DNA from: an uncultured bacterium | Lineage (GTDB): Bacteria > Muiribacteriota > Ozemobacteria > Ozemobacterales > Ozemobacteraceae | Assembly: GCA_964472075.1 (NCBI GenBank) | Contig: CAYYIY010000001.1 | Span: forward strand, 295-64,294 | Direction: 5' to 3' | DNA length: 64,000 nt | In this document: in pieces, positions 39,795 through 49,356 of the stretch | Numbering within the stretch: the stretch's first letter is position 1 | Layout: every line of letters begins with the position of its first letter | The notes under the pieces: generated by a model | What the model was told of the DNA's origin: nothing | Databases searched by the model: none | The model's input: only the letters and a program-made list of their open reading frames with translations | Position numbers and translations under genes: made by a program

Positions 39795-42167
39795 TCAAGA
39801 CGACGAAGAATCTGCTTCGGACTTTTTGCTTCGAATCGCTTCGGCAACGGCTTCGCCGAGTTCCTTCAGCTTGAACGGCTTGGACAGAAACCCCGCGGCT
39901 CCCTGAGAAAGCGCTTCCTGAACCCTGGACCCAGGTTCATACCCTGAGATCAGCAGTACCGGCGTGCTCGGATCAATGCGCTGCAGTTCCTTGAATAATT
40001 CCAATCCGTCCATTTCGGGCATGACCATATCCGTCATCACAAGCGAGATATCAGCATGTCGAAGTTTGAAATGCTCGATGGCATCGCGCGGATTTCCGAA
40101 CGCCTGACATTCATATCCAAGCTTCAGCAGCAATGCCGACGAAAGATGCCGAATCATGGCTTCGTCGTCCACCAGCAGAACTTTGCCTGAGCCTTTGGGG
40201 ATCAGGGCAATACTCGATTTTCCGGCGTCGGAGGCTTCGCGATCACACAACGGCAGATACACGGAAAAAGTGGTGCCCTTGCCCGGTTCGCTGGTCACAT
40301 GCACTGCGCCGCCATGCCCCTTGGCAATCGAATAGACAAGGGCCAACCCCATCCCGGTTCCCTTTCCCGCTTCTTTTGTCGTGAAAAAAGGCTCGAAAAT
40401 CCGATCCATGACTTCGGGAGGAATTCCGACCCCGGTATCGGTAACCTGCAATACAACGTAGTTTCCAGGAAGAAGCCCTGGGACGTTTCTCGTCTTGCTG
40501 TCGTTCATATTCCGGGTTCGGGTGGCAAACAAAAGCGTACCACCTTCAGGCATGGCATCTTTCGCGTTCACGGCCAGATTCAGCACAATCTGCTGCAACT
40601 GATTCGGATCGCCGGTGACCGTTGCCGGTTGTGCTTCAAGTTTCTGCATCAGCGTAATGTTCTTTTCAAAAGTACGACCGAGCAGTTTGGTGATCTCTTT
40701 GATCAGCCCGTGCAGATTCACCGGAACAGAGAGCGAATTGCCACGGCGGGCAAAGTTCAGCAACTGTTTCGTCAGCTCTCCGGCCCGTTTCGCGGCCCCC
40801 TCAATCGTTTCAGCGGCATCGCGAGCCGGACTGCCTTCGGCGGTCTCATGCTTGAGGAGATTGGCGTATCCGAGAATTCCGGTCAGCAGATTGTTAAAAT
40901 CATGCGCGATACCGCCCGCCAGGCGGCCGATGGCATCCATCTTCTGGGACTCACGCAACTGATCTTCAAGCTTGATGCGTTCCTGAACATCGCGCGCCGC
41001 CATCAGCAGGCGGAGCATTCCCTCAGGCGTGTGAAACGCCCCGAAGCTGGCTTCCACCCATCGCCACTCGCCCTCGCGCGACTTCACCCGAAAGGTCAGT
41101 TCCGGTCGACTGTCCGGCAGACCACGAACCGTGTGCAGAGCCCCATTCAAACCCGGCAGGTCTTCCGGATGGCACAGCTCGCTCAAAGCATGTTCAGAGA
41201 GTCGTTCGGTATTGATCGCCCATGTGAAGTTCGCATTCACATACAGAAAGCGACCATCAGAAGTCATTTCGGCGACAATGATGTTCGTACTATTGCAGAG
41301 CAGATGAAAACGATTGGCGGTTTCCTGCGCTTCAAGACCGGCCTGCAGAAGATGCGCGGTCTGCCGAGTCACGGTGCGACGCAACGTGATGACCCACAGG
41401 ACGGAAATCGCCAGCAGAGCGAAGGCGATGGCGAGCGTCAGACGAACCGGACGACGAGTCGCTTCGTGTTCGGCATCCAGAAGAGACCCCAGCCACTTCT
41501 GCTGAAGCGCATCGTAGATCCCATTGTTGCGAATAATATTGAGTCCGACATTCAGATGAAAGCGCAGCTGCTCGTTTCCGTTGAGCACGGCGAAGCAGAC
41601 CGGCGAAGGGGCGAAACCGGCAGATAATCGGCGAAAGCGTTTTGCTTTGTCCTGCTGCAGAACCGAAAATGCCGTGGCCCGAGGCAACAGGACACCGGTT
41701 CCCGGGACGATTCGCGCGCGCTCGAGCGCCTGCGAAAGATCAGACTCGCGTAGCAGCGACCACGACGCCACGCGCGACTGAATCTCACCAGGTACCGGCA
41801 AGCCATCGACAAGAATCAGACTGGCAGCATTTCCCGGCCCTATCGAATCGATGGACGATTCGTGAGCGACTACGATGTCATAAGAAATCAAGGTATGCGG
41901 ATCAGAGAAGTCGAAGGCCTTGTCGTCTTCTGAAGAGTAGGGAAAACCTGCGATGACATCGATGTCTCCGTCACAGAGTTTCTCGAGCAGGACGGCCTGA
42001 GATGCAGCCTCAAAAACGACATCCATGCCGACCGCACGCGCGGATGCCTGCAGCAGGTCAACATGCAAGCCCGATACGGTGTCGTTCTGCCACGTTGAAT
42101 ACGGAGGCAGATCAACTTGACAGCCTGCCTTGATCGTACGAGACAGCGTGGCCGCATCGGCGGCCAT
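39795..42167 (-). CDS. hybrid sensor histidine kinase with periplasmic SBP_bac_3 domain, TM, 2x PAS, HisKA, HATPase_c, REC
   Basis: Motifs seen: [38 protein letters not shown] and the receiver VLLVDDEAMIRH...DMVMPEMDG. Confidence 0.8.
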   Translation of the reverse strand: MAADAATLSRTIKAGCQVDLPPYSTWQNDTVSGLHVDLLQASARAVGMDVVFEAASQAVLLEKLCDGDIDVIAGFPYSSEDDKAFDFSDPHTLISYDIVVAHESSIDSIGPGNAASLILVDGLPVPGEIQSRVASWSLLRESDLSQALERARIVPGTGVLLPRATAFSVLQQDKAKRFRRLSAGFAPSPVCFAVLNGNEQLRFHLNVGLNIIRNNGIYDALQQKWLGSLLDAEHEATRRPVRLTLAIAFALLAISVLWVITLRRTVTRQTAHLLQAGLEAQETANRFHLLCNSTNIIVAEMTSDGRFLYVNANFTWAINTERLSEHALSELCHPEDLPGLNGALHTVRGLPDSRPELTFRVKSREGEWRWVEASFGAFHTPEGMLRLLMAARDVQERIKLEDQLRESQKMDAIGRLAGGIAHDFNNLLTGILGYANLLKHETAEGSPARDAAETIEGAAKRAGELTKQLLNFARRGNSLSVPVNLHGLIKEITKLLGRTFEKNITLMQKLEAQPATVTGDPNQLQQIVLNLAVNAKDAMPEGGTLLFATRTRNMNDSKTRNVPGLLPGNYVVLQVTDTGVGIPPEVMDRIFEPFFTTKEAGKGTGMGLALVYSIAKGHGGAVHVTSEPGKGTTFSVYLPLCDREASDAGKSSIALIPKGSGKVLLVDDEAMIRHLSSALLLKLGYECQAFGNPRDAIEHFKLRHADISLVMTDMVMPEMDGLELFKELQRIDPSTPVLLISGYEPGSRVQEALSQGAAGFLSKPFKLKELGEAVAEAIRSKKSEADSSSS

Positions 42168-42238
42168 TGCACCGCTCCAGGAGAAGAGCAGGCCGACGAG
42201 AACGACAACAACCAGCCGATGCCGCGCCGGCAGGGAAA

Positions 42239-43363
42239 TCAGGAAATGAAGGATTTCAATTCCTCCCGGAAAAGATGGGTCTCGAAGAGACAGGACAAGT
42301 GCCCGTTGCGACTGTCGTAATAGGCACAGCGAGCCTTTGGCAGATACAGGCGAGCCAGTTCGGCCTGTTCGCGGGTGAACAACAGGTCTGATTCATCGAT
42401 GATCATCAGAGTCTGCGCCCTGATGCCGCGCATCGCCTGCTCAAAGCTCTCTCCGTCGTTGCGCAGATCGTACAAGGCATTGGCCTTGGCAATATAGAGA
42501 TAGGAATTGGCATCGAAATACTGCATGCGTCCCAGGACGATTTTCTCGATCTCCGTTTCCACCAGGTATTTTCCGTTCATGGAACGTCGCGGCTCAGGGA
42601 TGTCACGCCCGGTCGGATCGGCGAGCTGACGACTGAAGTTGCGATCCGCCCACGAATCGGTGCGCGTCGAAACCAGGAGAATCTTGAAGGCCAGCAGCAG
42701 GCCATCATGGGGGGGAGGCCCGTCATAGTAGTTGCCGTTCTGCCACTTCGGGTCAAGGCGAATGGCATCAATGCCCAGCTGATTGGGAACCATCAACGTC
42801 CAGGGACGAACCATGGGCGTCGAAACGACAGCCACGATTTTATCCATCAGATCCGGGTACAGTTTTCCCCACATGAAGGCCTGCAACCCACCCATGGAAG
42901 GCCCGATGATCAGACGCAGGCGCTCAATGCCGAGATGTTCGAGCAGCATCTTCTGAGACCGCACCATGTCTTTCAAGGTCGTGATCGGAAAACGCATGCC
43001 GTAGGGCTTGCCGGTCTTCGGATCAATGGTCGCAGGTCCGGTCGTGATGACATTCGGATTGTTGGCATTGATGTTGCAAAATGTGTCGCAACAGATGACG
43101 AAATACCGATCGGTATCGATGACTTTTCCAGACCCGATCAACTCGTCCCACCAGCCGGGTATGGCATCATCCGGCTTGTACTTTCCGGCCGCATGACTTT
43201 GGCCGGTGAAATAATGGCAGACCAGAACGGCATTGTCACGGGTCGCGTTCAGAGTGCCGTACGTCTCATACCCGAAGGCGACCGGAATCGTTTCACCGTT
43301 GCATTCAAACGTGAATTGTGGAATCTCGAATCGTTTCTTCTCGACAATCATTTCCGGCCTCAC
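42239..43363 (-). CDS. metX: homoserine O-acetyltransferase (MetX family alpha/beta hydrolase)
   Basis: Motifs seen: HYFTGQSHAAG, WWDELIG, DTDRYFVICCD, GPSMGGLQAF, DANSYLY, GHLSCLFE. Its ATG overlaps the phaC stop by 4 nt. Confidence 0.8.
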   Translation of the reverse strand: MRPEMIVEKKRFEIPQFTFECNGETIPVAFGYETYGTLNATRDNAVLVCHYFTGQSHAAGKYKPDDAIPGWWDELIGSGKVIDTDRYFVICCDTFCNINANNPNVITTGPATIDPKTGKPYGMRFPITTLKDMVRSQKMLLEHLGIERLRLIIGPSMGGLQAFMWGKLYPDLMDKIVAVVSTPMVRPWTLMVPNQLGIDAIRLDPKWQNGNYYDGPPPHDGLLLAFKILLVSTRTDSWADRNFSRQLADPTGRDIPEPRRSMNGKYLVETEIEKIVLGRMQYFDANSYLYIAKANALYDLRNDGESFEQAMRGIRAQTLMIIDESDLLFTREQAELARLYLPKARCAYYDSRNGHLSCLFETHLFREELKSFIS

Positions 43364-44451
43364 TTCTTGAGAAAGTTCGTCATCAACTCGTACGTTTTCA
43401 ACCGCTCGGGGAAGAGTACGACCAGTGTGACGTGACCGGTCTGCATCAGGTGGTAATCGACCGGCCCGCTTACCAGTTCACCCAGTCGTTTGGCCGATCT
43501 CTCGGGGAAGACATGATCGAAGGCAGCAGCGATATTGAGAACCGGGCACGTGATGTTCTTCAGGTCGACAAATCGACCATTCACTCCGAAGGTTTTGTTC
43601 ACCAGACCGTTTTCCTGGTAAAGCCCCTTGATGAATTTACCGAACACCTTCGCGGCGAAAGGCACCTTGTCCGAACCCCAGAGATCGAGTGCCTGATAAT
43701 AGTACAAGAAGTTATTGTCGAGAACGTTGTTGTAGAGCTTCTTATAGCGTTCAACCGTCGCCTTGACGTCGAGAAACTGGAAGCAGGCGTGAATGAAGTC
43801 TGCGGGAACCGTGTTGCCGTAATACTCGACAATCTTGTCGACATTGAAGCGGGTCTTGTCCGTCCAGATCGCCAGCAGGCCGGCGTTTTCAAAATCCACC
43901 GGTGTCGTGAGCGCAATGAAGCGTCTGATCTGGTCCTGATGCAGGGAGGTGTAAGCGGCGGCGATCGTGCCGCCGAGACATTGCCCCATCAGATCGATCT
44001 GTCTTGCGCCGGTGCGACGCATCACCTTGCGAATCGCCCGCCCGAGAAAGGTATCGATGTAATAATCGAAGGTCAGCTGACCGTGTTCATCACCCGGAAC
44101 GCCCCAGTCGATGAGATAGGTATCGATACCGCTCTTGACGAAATGTTCGATCAGACTGTGTCCGGTCAACAGATCAAGAATGTACCAGCGAAGAATCAGC
44201 GAGGGAACGATGAAAAGCGGAACAGGATGCAGGTCCTGTCGTACGGGCGTGAAACGCCAGACCTTGACCGAACACTCCTGGTGAATGACCTCGCGAGGCG
44301 TCGGGCACACCTTGAGGGTTTTCTTCAAAGCCTCGATTTCTTCCGGCTTGCGTTTGTATGATTCGATCAGAATCTTCGCATATTGCGCATTCTGATCAAG
44401 CAGTTTCTTGGCTTCCTCGGGAATCTGCGCAGGATTAAGAATCGGCTCCAT
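43360..44451 (-). CDS. phaC: poly(R)-hydroxyalkanoate synthase, class III/IV PhaC subunit
   Basis: A 363-aa ORF with the lipase-box-like GQCLGG and an alpha/beta hydrolase fold. Its size is typical of class III/IV PhaC. Confidence 0.85.
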   Translation of the reverse strand: MEPILNPAQIPEEAKKLLDQNAQYAKILIESYKRKPEEIEALKKTLKVCPTPREVIHQECSVKVWRFTPVRQDLHPVPLFIVPSLILRWYILDLLTGHSLIEHFVKSGIDTYLIDWGVPGDEHGQLTFDYYIDTFLGRAIRKVMRRTGARQIDLMGQCLGGTIAAAYTSLHQDQIRRFIALTTPVDFENAGLLAIWTDKTRFNVDKIVEYYGNTVPADFIHACFQFLDVKATVERYKKLYNNVLDNNFLYYYQALDLWGSDKVPFAAKVFGKFIKGLYQENGLVNKTFGVNGRFVDLKNITCPVLNIAAAFDHVFPERSAKRLGELVSGPVDYHLMQTGHVTLVVLFPERLKTYELMTNFLKK

Positions 44452-44453
44452 GA

Positions 44454-44894
44454 TTACTTCCGTCCTTTCGCAGTATTCTTTTTCGTCACAGGTTTTTTCA
44501 CCGTCTTTCCGGGCCTGGCCACCGACACAGACCTGGAGACGGCAGGTGCTTGCGAGGCCGGGGCCTGTTTCACCTCTGCCAGCCGATCGATCAGCACATC
44601 GATCTTTTCATCCAGATCCAGAATCCGGGCTTCCACCTGCTGAAGATACTGCATGATGCGTCCGGTCTCCTGTCGGGTCGGCACGTTCAATTTCTGCAGA
44701 AACTCGGCGATCGTTTCATTGGCTTTCTGCTTTGAATCAAACGACGTTTCGATACTCTTGCTGACGGCACTCAGTAACGCCGGGTTACGGATCATCTCGT
44801 TGATCTTCTCGACGAAGATCTTTTCCATCTGTTCCTGCCACTGGCGGGTTTGATCCTGCCACTGCTTGGTAAAATCCTCGGGTTTGAAAAACAT
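44454..44894 (-). CDS. phaR: PHA synthase small subunit, PhaR/PhaE-like (PHA_synth_III_E family)
   Basis: A 146-aa coiled-coil protein. LNVPTRQETGRIMQYLQQVEARILDLDEKI resembles Bacillus PhaR (VNVPTKEDIARV...LEAKVDDMEE). It has a basic C-terminal tail and ends 2 nt before phaC. Confidence 0.6.
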   Translation of the reverse strand: MFFKPEDFTKQWQDQTRQWQEQMEKIFVEKINEMIRNPALLSAVSKSIETSFDSKQKANETIAEFLQKLNVPTRQETGRIMQYLQQVEARILDLDEKIDVLIDRLAEVKQAPASQAPAVSRSVSVARPGKTVKKPVTKKNTAKGRK

Positions 44895-44929
44895 CGGTTT
44901 CCTCCCGTGTATTAGGCTGTCTTGCGTGT

Positions 44930-45952
44930 CTATTCTAGCGGAAAACGAGCCGCAGGGGAACTTTTTCGGCGCGCCAGCAGCAAGCGATGGAAAATGGCGG
45001 CAAGCGGTTGTTGAAAGAAGATGCCCAGCAGCACCGGAAGTGCAGTTAACGGGGGAAAGCTGCGCATGCAGATGACGATGCCGGCACTGAGATTTCTGAT
45101 GCCACCCGCGTAAGCGAACGTGATGACGGTTGATCTCGATGCACGGACGGCTTTCGCGGCATACCTGCTGACGACGAACCCCAGAGTGACCAGCAGGAAG
45201 ACGCCGGCCAGGATGCCCCAGAGTGGTACGGTCAACGCCTGTACCGCATGTTTCGAGTTCGCCAGGTTGATGGCGAGAACCAGTCCGAGAGCCAGTTTGG
45301 CCGCCGGCCCCGCGACCGGGCGAATGCGCCCGTGCAATCTGCCGCCGCTCACTTCGTAGAGGAAAATTCCGCCGAGGGCGGGGAGAACCACCATCAACAC
45401 GAGATCGATGATGAGACGGCGCGCATCAAATGAAATCGAGGAACCGGCGAACAGAAACAGAGTGGCAGGAAGGATCAGTGGACTCAGAAGGTTGTCGATG
45501 GTCAGCACCGAGAGCGCCAGCGCGATGTTTCCTCCGGCAATTCCACTCCACATGACGGAAGTGACCCCAACCGGAATGGCCGCGGTCAGAACCAACCCCG
45601 CGACCAGTTCCCCGTGTGTTGCAAAAGCCAGACTGCCCAGCAATCGTGCCGGGATCGGCAGGATGACATGCAGCACCAGCAGCAGAAACAGGATCGTGCG
45701 CGGACGCCGAAAAACGCGCGTCAGATCCGAGAGACTCGAGTTGAGCGAGGTGATGAGCATGATACCGCCGAGCAACCACGGTACGAGATCCTTGCGAGGA
45801 GCAAGAGATTCCGCCGCCCACCAGCCGAACACCATGAATCCGGTCAGAATGAAGAACATCCGTTTCTCCATCCAATCGTTCACCAGTGTTGCCCGGCCTT
45901 GAGCGCCCTCAGACCCATTCCCGGATCGTACGTTCTCCGCTTCTGAAATCAT
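44930..45952 (-). CDS. bile acid:sodium symporter (BASS/ACR3-like) family transporter
   Basis: A polytopic membrane protein with characteristic duplicated repeats (GLVLTAAIPVGVTSVMWS...; LGLVLAINL...). Confidence 0.7.
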   Translation of the reverse strand: MISEAENVRSGNGSEGAQGRATLVNDWMEKRMFFILTGFMVFGWWAAESLAPRKDLVPWLLGGIMLITSLNSSLSDLTRVFRRPRTILFLLLVLHVILPIPARLLGSLAFATHGELVAGLVLTAAIPVGVTSVMWSGIAGGNIALALSVLTIDNLLSPLILPATLFLFAGSSISFDARRLIIDLVLMVVLPALGGIFLYEVSGGRLHGRIRPVAGPAAKLALGLVLAINLANSKHAVQALTVPLWGILAGVFLLVTLGFVVSRYAAKAVRASRSTVITFAYAGGIRNLSAGIVICMRSFPPLTALPVLLGIFFQQPLAAIFHRLLLARRKSSPAARFPLE

Positions 45953-46049
45953 CGATGCGACAACTGCATGTAATCTCTTAAAGCATCACGTCAAAAACAA
46001 ACGGGGAAAGCCTATCAATAAGGCCTTCCCCGTCAAGTAACTCGTACTA

Positions 46050-47897
46050 TCAGCCGACCGTCGGCGGCAGATCGTACAGGATGTCATCCCACGGATGGCG
46101 ATACAGCGGCGCCTTCAGGCGCACCTGATCCATGTAATGACCGATGAAGCCGATGGTGCGTCCGAGAACGAACAGCCCGTTCAAGCCGCCGCTGTCGACC
46201 ACTTCCTTGATTCTCTTTTCGTCCCAGCCGACACCGTACATCATGTCGACCGAGAGCACACCGATGCAGCCGTCGACGTTGAGAATCAAGGTGTCTTTCT
46301 TCGCGGTGGTCAGCTTTTCGACCTCGAGAGCGTAGTCGAGAAGCGGGGTCTTCGGGAAATACTTCGACGCGAATTCCTTGAGCAGTACCACGCGCATGTC
46401 GGGGTTCTTCAGACTCTTCACGCGATGACCGATACCGGGAATCTTCTGATTGGATTTCTTCATGGCCGACATGAACTCGCTCGGACTGAGCCCCTTGTCG
46501 CGAGCCGCCTTGAACTGCAGCGCGGCATCAGCAACGGCACCACCGAAGCGAGGGCCGATGGTCAGAATTCCCGAGGCGACGGCACTCATCAGATCTTTAC
46601 CGGCTCGGGCACAGACGATGGCGTTATGCGCGCCTGAGACGCAGGGGCCGTGATCAGCGCAGAGCTTGAGGACGATCTCCATGAACTTCGTCGCCCAGCC
46701 GGGCAGCTTTTCCTTGAACCAGAGCAGTGAAATCACGTCGCCAACCCCGTATTCTTCCTTGATGACCTTGCTGATCTTGTGACCGGCATAGACCAGTTCG
46801 TCACCTGAATCATCGGAAATTGTACAAGTGAAGTTCGACTCACGGCGCACCAGATTGCGTGCCACCGCCTCCTTGAAGTTCATTGGAATCGGGGGGGCCT
46901 CGACATCGGCGATGGGCTTATGCTTGCCCTTCTTGACCAGACCGTCGAAGGTTTCCTTGATCGCCTTGTCGAACTCATCGAACGAGTTCGGCACCACGAC
47001 CCCCACTTCGCGCAGTGCCTTGTTCTTGGCCTCGGCGGTTTCGCGGCCGGCATCAGCCTTCGCGCCGGCATGACCGAACTGAATGCCCTTCGGCATGTAT
47101 TTGATCGAAGTACCCGTAACCCACATCACCAGAGGTTTCTTGATCTTTCCGCTCTTGACGGCGTCGTGAATCCGCCATTCTTCTTCGCCGCCGACTTCGC
47201 CGAGACACACCAGCATCTTGATGGCCGGGTTGGCTTCATACCGCAGCAGATGCTCGAGCAGGTTCGAGCCTGCATAGGCGTCACCGCCGATGGCGATGCC
47301 TTCGTAGACGCCGTCGGTATTGCGGGCGATGATGTTGTAAGCTTCGTTCGACATGCCGCCCGACTTGCTGACGAACCCGACGGAACCCGGTCGATGCAAC
47401 TTGGAGCTGATGATGTTGTCGATCGTACCGCCGGTATTTCCAACCTTGAACTGGCCGGCCACGATGCCGCCGACCGTCGCCGGGCCGATGATCCACTTGC
47501 CCTTCTTCAAAGCCACCGCACGCATATGCCGGGAGAAGCGTTCCGGAATACCCTCCGCAATGACGACCACGGTCTTCAACTGCGGCTGTTCAAGCGCCTG
47601 CAGCGTCGTTTCATACGCGCTGCGGAACGACGCGAAGTTGATCATGGCGTCGATATCGGGGTTTTCTTCGCAAGCAGAGGCAATGTCAGGGTAAATCGGA
47701 ATGAACACTTCTTTTTTGCCGTAGAAGCATTTGTGCATTTCGCGGCGACCCGGGTCGACGATAGCGGCGACCGAAGGCTTGTCACGCTTGCAGCAGTAAT
47801 CGAAATCGAGCATGCGCTGCACCGCATTGGTCTGCATGCCGAAAATGATGGCGCGGGTGTTGCGGTCCAACAGCACGTATTCTGGTCGTTTGGTCAT
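46050..47897 (-). CDS. aclA: ATP-citrate lyase alpha (large) subunit: CoA-binding/phosphohistidine + citrate synthase-like domain
   Basis: A 615-aa ORF with GQFKVGNTGGTIDNI, SKSGGMSNE and GHAGA (phosphohistidine loop) motifs, and a C-terminal citrate-synthase-like region with HGPCVSGAHN. Confidence 0.9.
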   Translation of the reverse strand: MTKRPEYVLLDRNTRAIIFGMQTNAVQRMLDFDYCCKRDKPSVAAIVDPGRREMHKCFYGKKEVFIPIYPDIASACEENPDIDAMINFASFRSAYETTLQALEQPQLKTVVVIAEGIPERFSRHMRAVALKKGKWIIGPATVGGIVAGQFKVGNTGGTIDNIISSKLHRPGSVGFVSKSGGMSNEAYNIIARNTDGVYEGIAIGGDAYAGSNLLEHLLRYEANPAIKMLVCLGEVGGEEEWRIHDAVKSGKIKKPLVMWVTGTSIKYMPKGIQFGHAGAKADAGRETAEAKNKALREVGVVVPNSFDEFDKAIKETFDGLVKKGKHKPIADVEAPPIPMNFKEAVARNLVRRESNFTCTISDDSGDELVYAGHKISKVIKEEYGVGDVISLLWFKEKLPGWATKFMEIVLKLCADHGPCVSGAHNAIVCARAGKDLMSAVASGILTIGPRFGGAVADAALQFKAARDKGLSPSEFMSAMKKSNQKIPGIGHRVKSLKNPDMRVVLLKEFASKYFPKTPLLDYALEVEKLTTAKKDTLILNVDGCIGVLSVDMMYGVGWDEKRIKEVVDSGGLNGLFVLGRTIGFIGHYMDQVRLKAPLYRHPWDDILYDLPPTVG

Positions 47898-47915
47898 GGC
47901 TGTTTTCCCCTTTCC

Positions 47916-49193
47916 TTACTGTTCCAGCGCATCGCGGACGATGCGAGTCATGTGATACTCAGGCCCGTGAACCTGAATCGGCAGTCCCAGTTCCTCGGCC
48001 GCGGCCTTGATCTTGGCCAGGCCCTGATGATAGTTCGGGCCGCCACGGCGCACGAAGATGTGGGTATTCACCTTCTTCAGCCTGGCGGCATATTCCTTCA
48101 GGGCCATGATGATGCCCGTAAAGGTGTTGGCCACGTCGGTGAAGTTGGCAATGCCGCCGCCGATCAGCAGGTTTTTGGGGCGTCCCTGCGGATCGGGTTT
48201 GCGGGTCATCAGATCGAAGACGACCTTGGCATATTCGTACGTCAGCTGCGTCGACGGGTCGCCGGAGTATTCGCCATAGAACGCCAGTTCTTTGGCGGCG
48301 CCGAGATCGCAGACCGTGTCCGCAAAAATGACCGAAGCCCCGCCGCCTGCCACCATGTTCCAGATGCGGCCTTCAGGGTTAAGCAGCGTCAATTTCAGTG
48401 AAGCGCCTGACAGTGAATCCAGCTCTCGCACCCGCTCTTCTTCAGGGCTGAGCGTGCGACCGAACGCCGCCGGAAACTCCATGTCGTCACCCCAGAATTC
48501 CTTACAGCAGAATTCCGCGGTGTCATCAAGCTTCGCGACCATATCGAGTGGTACGATGTCTTTTCCGGCGATCGCGAACGGATTGATTTCCAGATAGGCA
48601 AAATGCATCGCCGCGAAGTATTTGTACAAGCCGGTCAGGAAGTCAGCGACGAGCGACTTGTTCTCGCCCAGCTGCTTCGGCAGCTGTTTTTCAAGGTTAA
48701 CAGCCTCGATGCCTTCGAGAATCGGAACCTGGATCTGAACGACTTTGTCCCAGTTCTCTTCGACGTTGATGCCCCCCTCGAGCGAGAAGTACATGACATC
48801 ACCCTCAGCCTGAGTCTTGATGGCGATGTAGTATTCCGCCTCGTGTTTCACGAACGGTTCGATCAGAAAATGCGTGAGCGTGCCGGTGATCTCGCCGACC
48901 TTGGTGCTCTTGCCCATGCGCTCGTCGATCCAGGCGCGGGTCTCTTCGAGGTTCTTGTTGGCGTAAATCAACCCGTGTTTGCCGCGCTTGCCGAAGAGCT
49001 GATCAGGCTTGGCGACGAGCTGTTCTTTCTTCAGCCAGGGGTTGTCCTTGACCAGGGTTTTCCAGTCAGTGTCTGCATCCACCAGCACGATTTTGCCGTC
49101 ATATCCGATGGACTTCCCGAGATAGGTGGGAAGGTGACGGGCCATCATGCGCTTCGCGTGATACTCACGAATGCCGCGTTGTGCCATGTTCAA
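47916..49193 (-). CDS. aclB: ATP-citrate lyase beta (small) subunit: ATP-grasp/citrate-binding
   Basis: A 425-aa ORF with a succinyl-CoA-synthetase-beta-like ATP-grasp N-terminus. It sits 18 nt upstream of aclA. Confidence 0.9.
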   Translation of the reverse strand: MNMAQRGIREYHAKRMMARHLPTYLGKSIGYDGKIVLVDADTDWKTLVKDNPWLKKEQLVAKPDQLFGKRGKHGLIYANKNLEETRAWIDERMGKSTKVGEITGTLTHFLIEPFVKHEAEYYIAIKTQAEGDVMYFSLEGGINVEENWDKVVQIQVPILEGIEAVNLEKQLPKQLGENKSLVADFLTGLYKYFAAMHFAYLEINPFAIAGKDIVPLDMVAKLDDTAEFCCKEFWGDDMEFPAAFGRTLSPEEERVRELDSLSGASLKLTLLNPEGRIWNMVAGGGASVIFADTVCDLGAAKELAFYGEYSGDPSTQLTYEYAKVVFDLMTRKPDPQGRPKNLLIGGGIANFTDVANTFTGIIMALKEYAARLKKVNTHIFVRRGGPNYHQGLAKIKAAAEELGLPIQVHGPEYHMTRIVRDALEQ

Positions 49194-49297
49194 TCACTCC
49201 GTGTCTTGACAGGGTTTGGGGGTTCTCGACCCCCGCGGTTGCTCAGTTTGTATACCTTTTGCCGCCGCTGCTGTCAAGCTGAAGAGACCGTTTTCAG

Positions 49298-49338
49298 CCA
49301 AAGGAAAACGGCGCTCGATCACGAGATCGAGCGCCGTC
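49298..49338 (-). terminator. rho-independent terminator downstream of the glycine-zipper gene
   Basis: Perfect 13-bp stem ACGGCGCTCGATC/GATCGAGCGCCGT with loop ACGA at 49307-49338. On the minus strand it is followed by a T-rich run (plus-strand AAAGGAAAA at 49298-49306). Confidence 0.5.
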
Positions 49339-49356
49339 TGAACCCGTATTCGACGC

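Noticed and set aside
40299-41627. 442-aa plus-strand ORF inside hybrid kinase gene 39795..42167
   Set aside because: Antisense shadow. The minus-strand product has complete HisKA, HATPase and REC motifs.
46920-48401. 493-aa plus-strand ORF across aclA/aclB
   Set aside because: It is antisense to the highly conserved ATP-citrate lyase genes and has a Arg/Asp-rich shadow composition.
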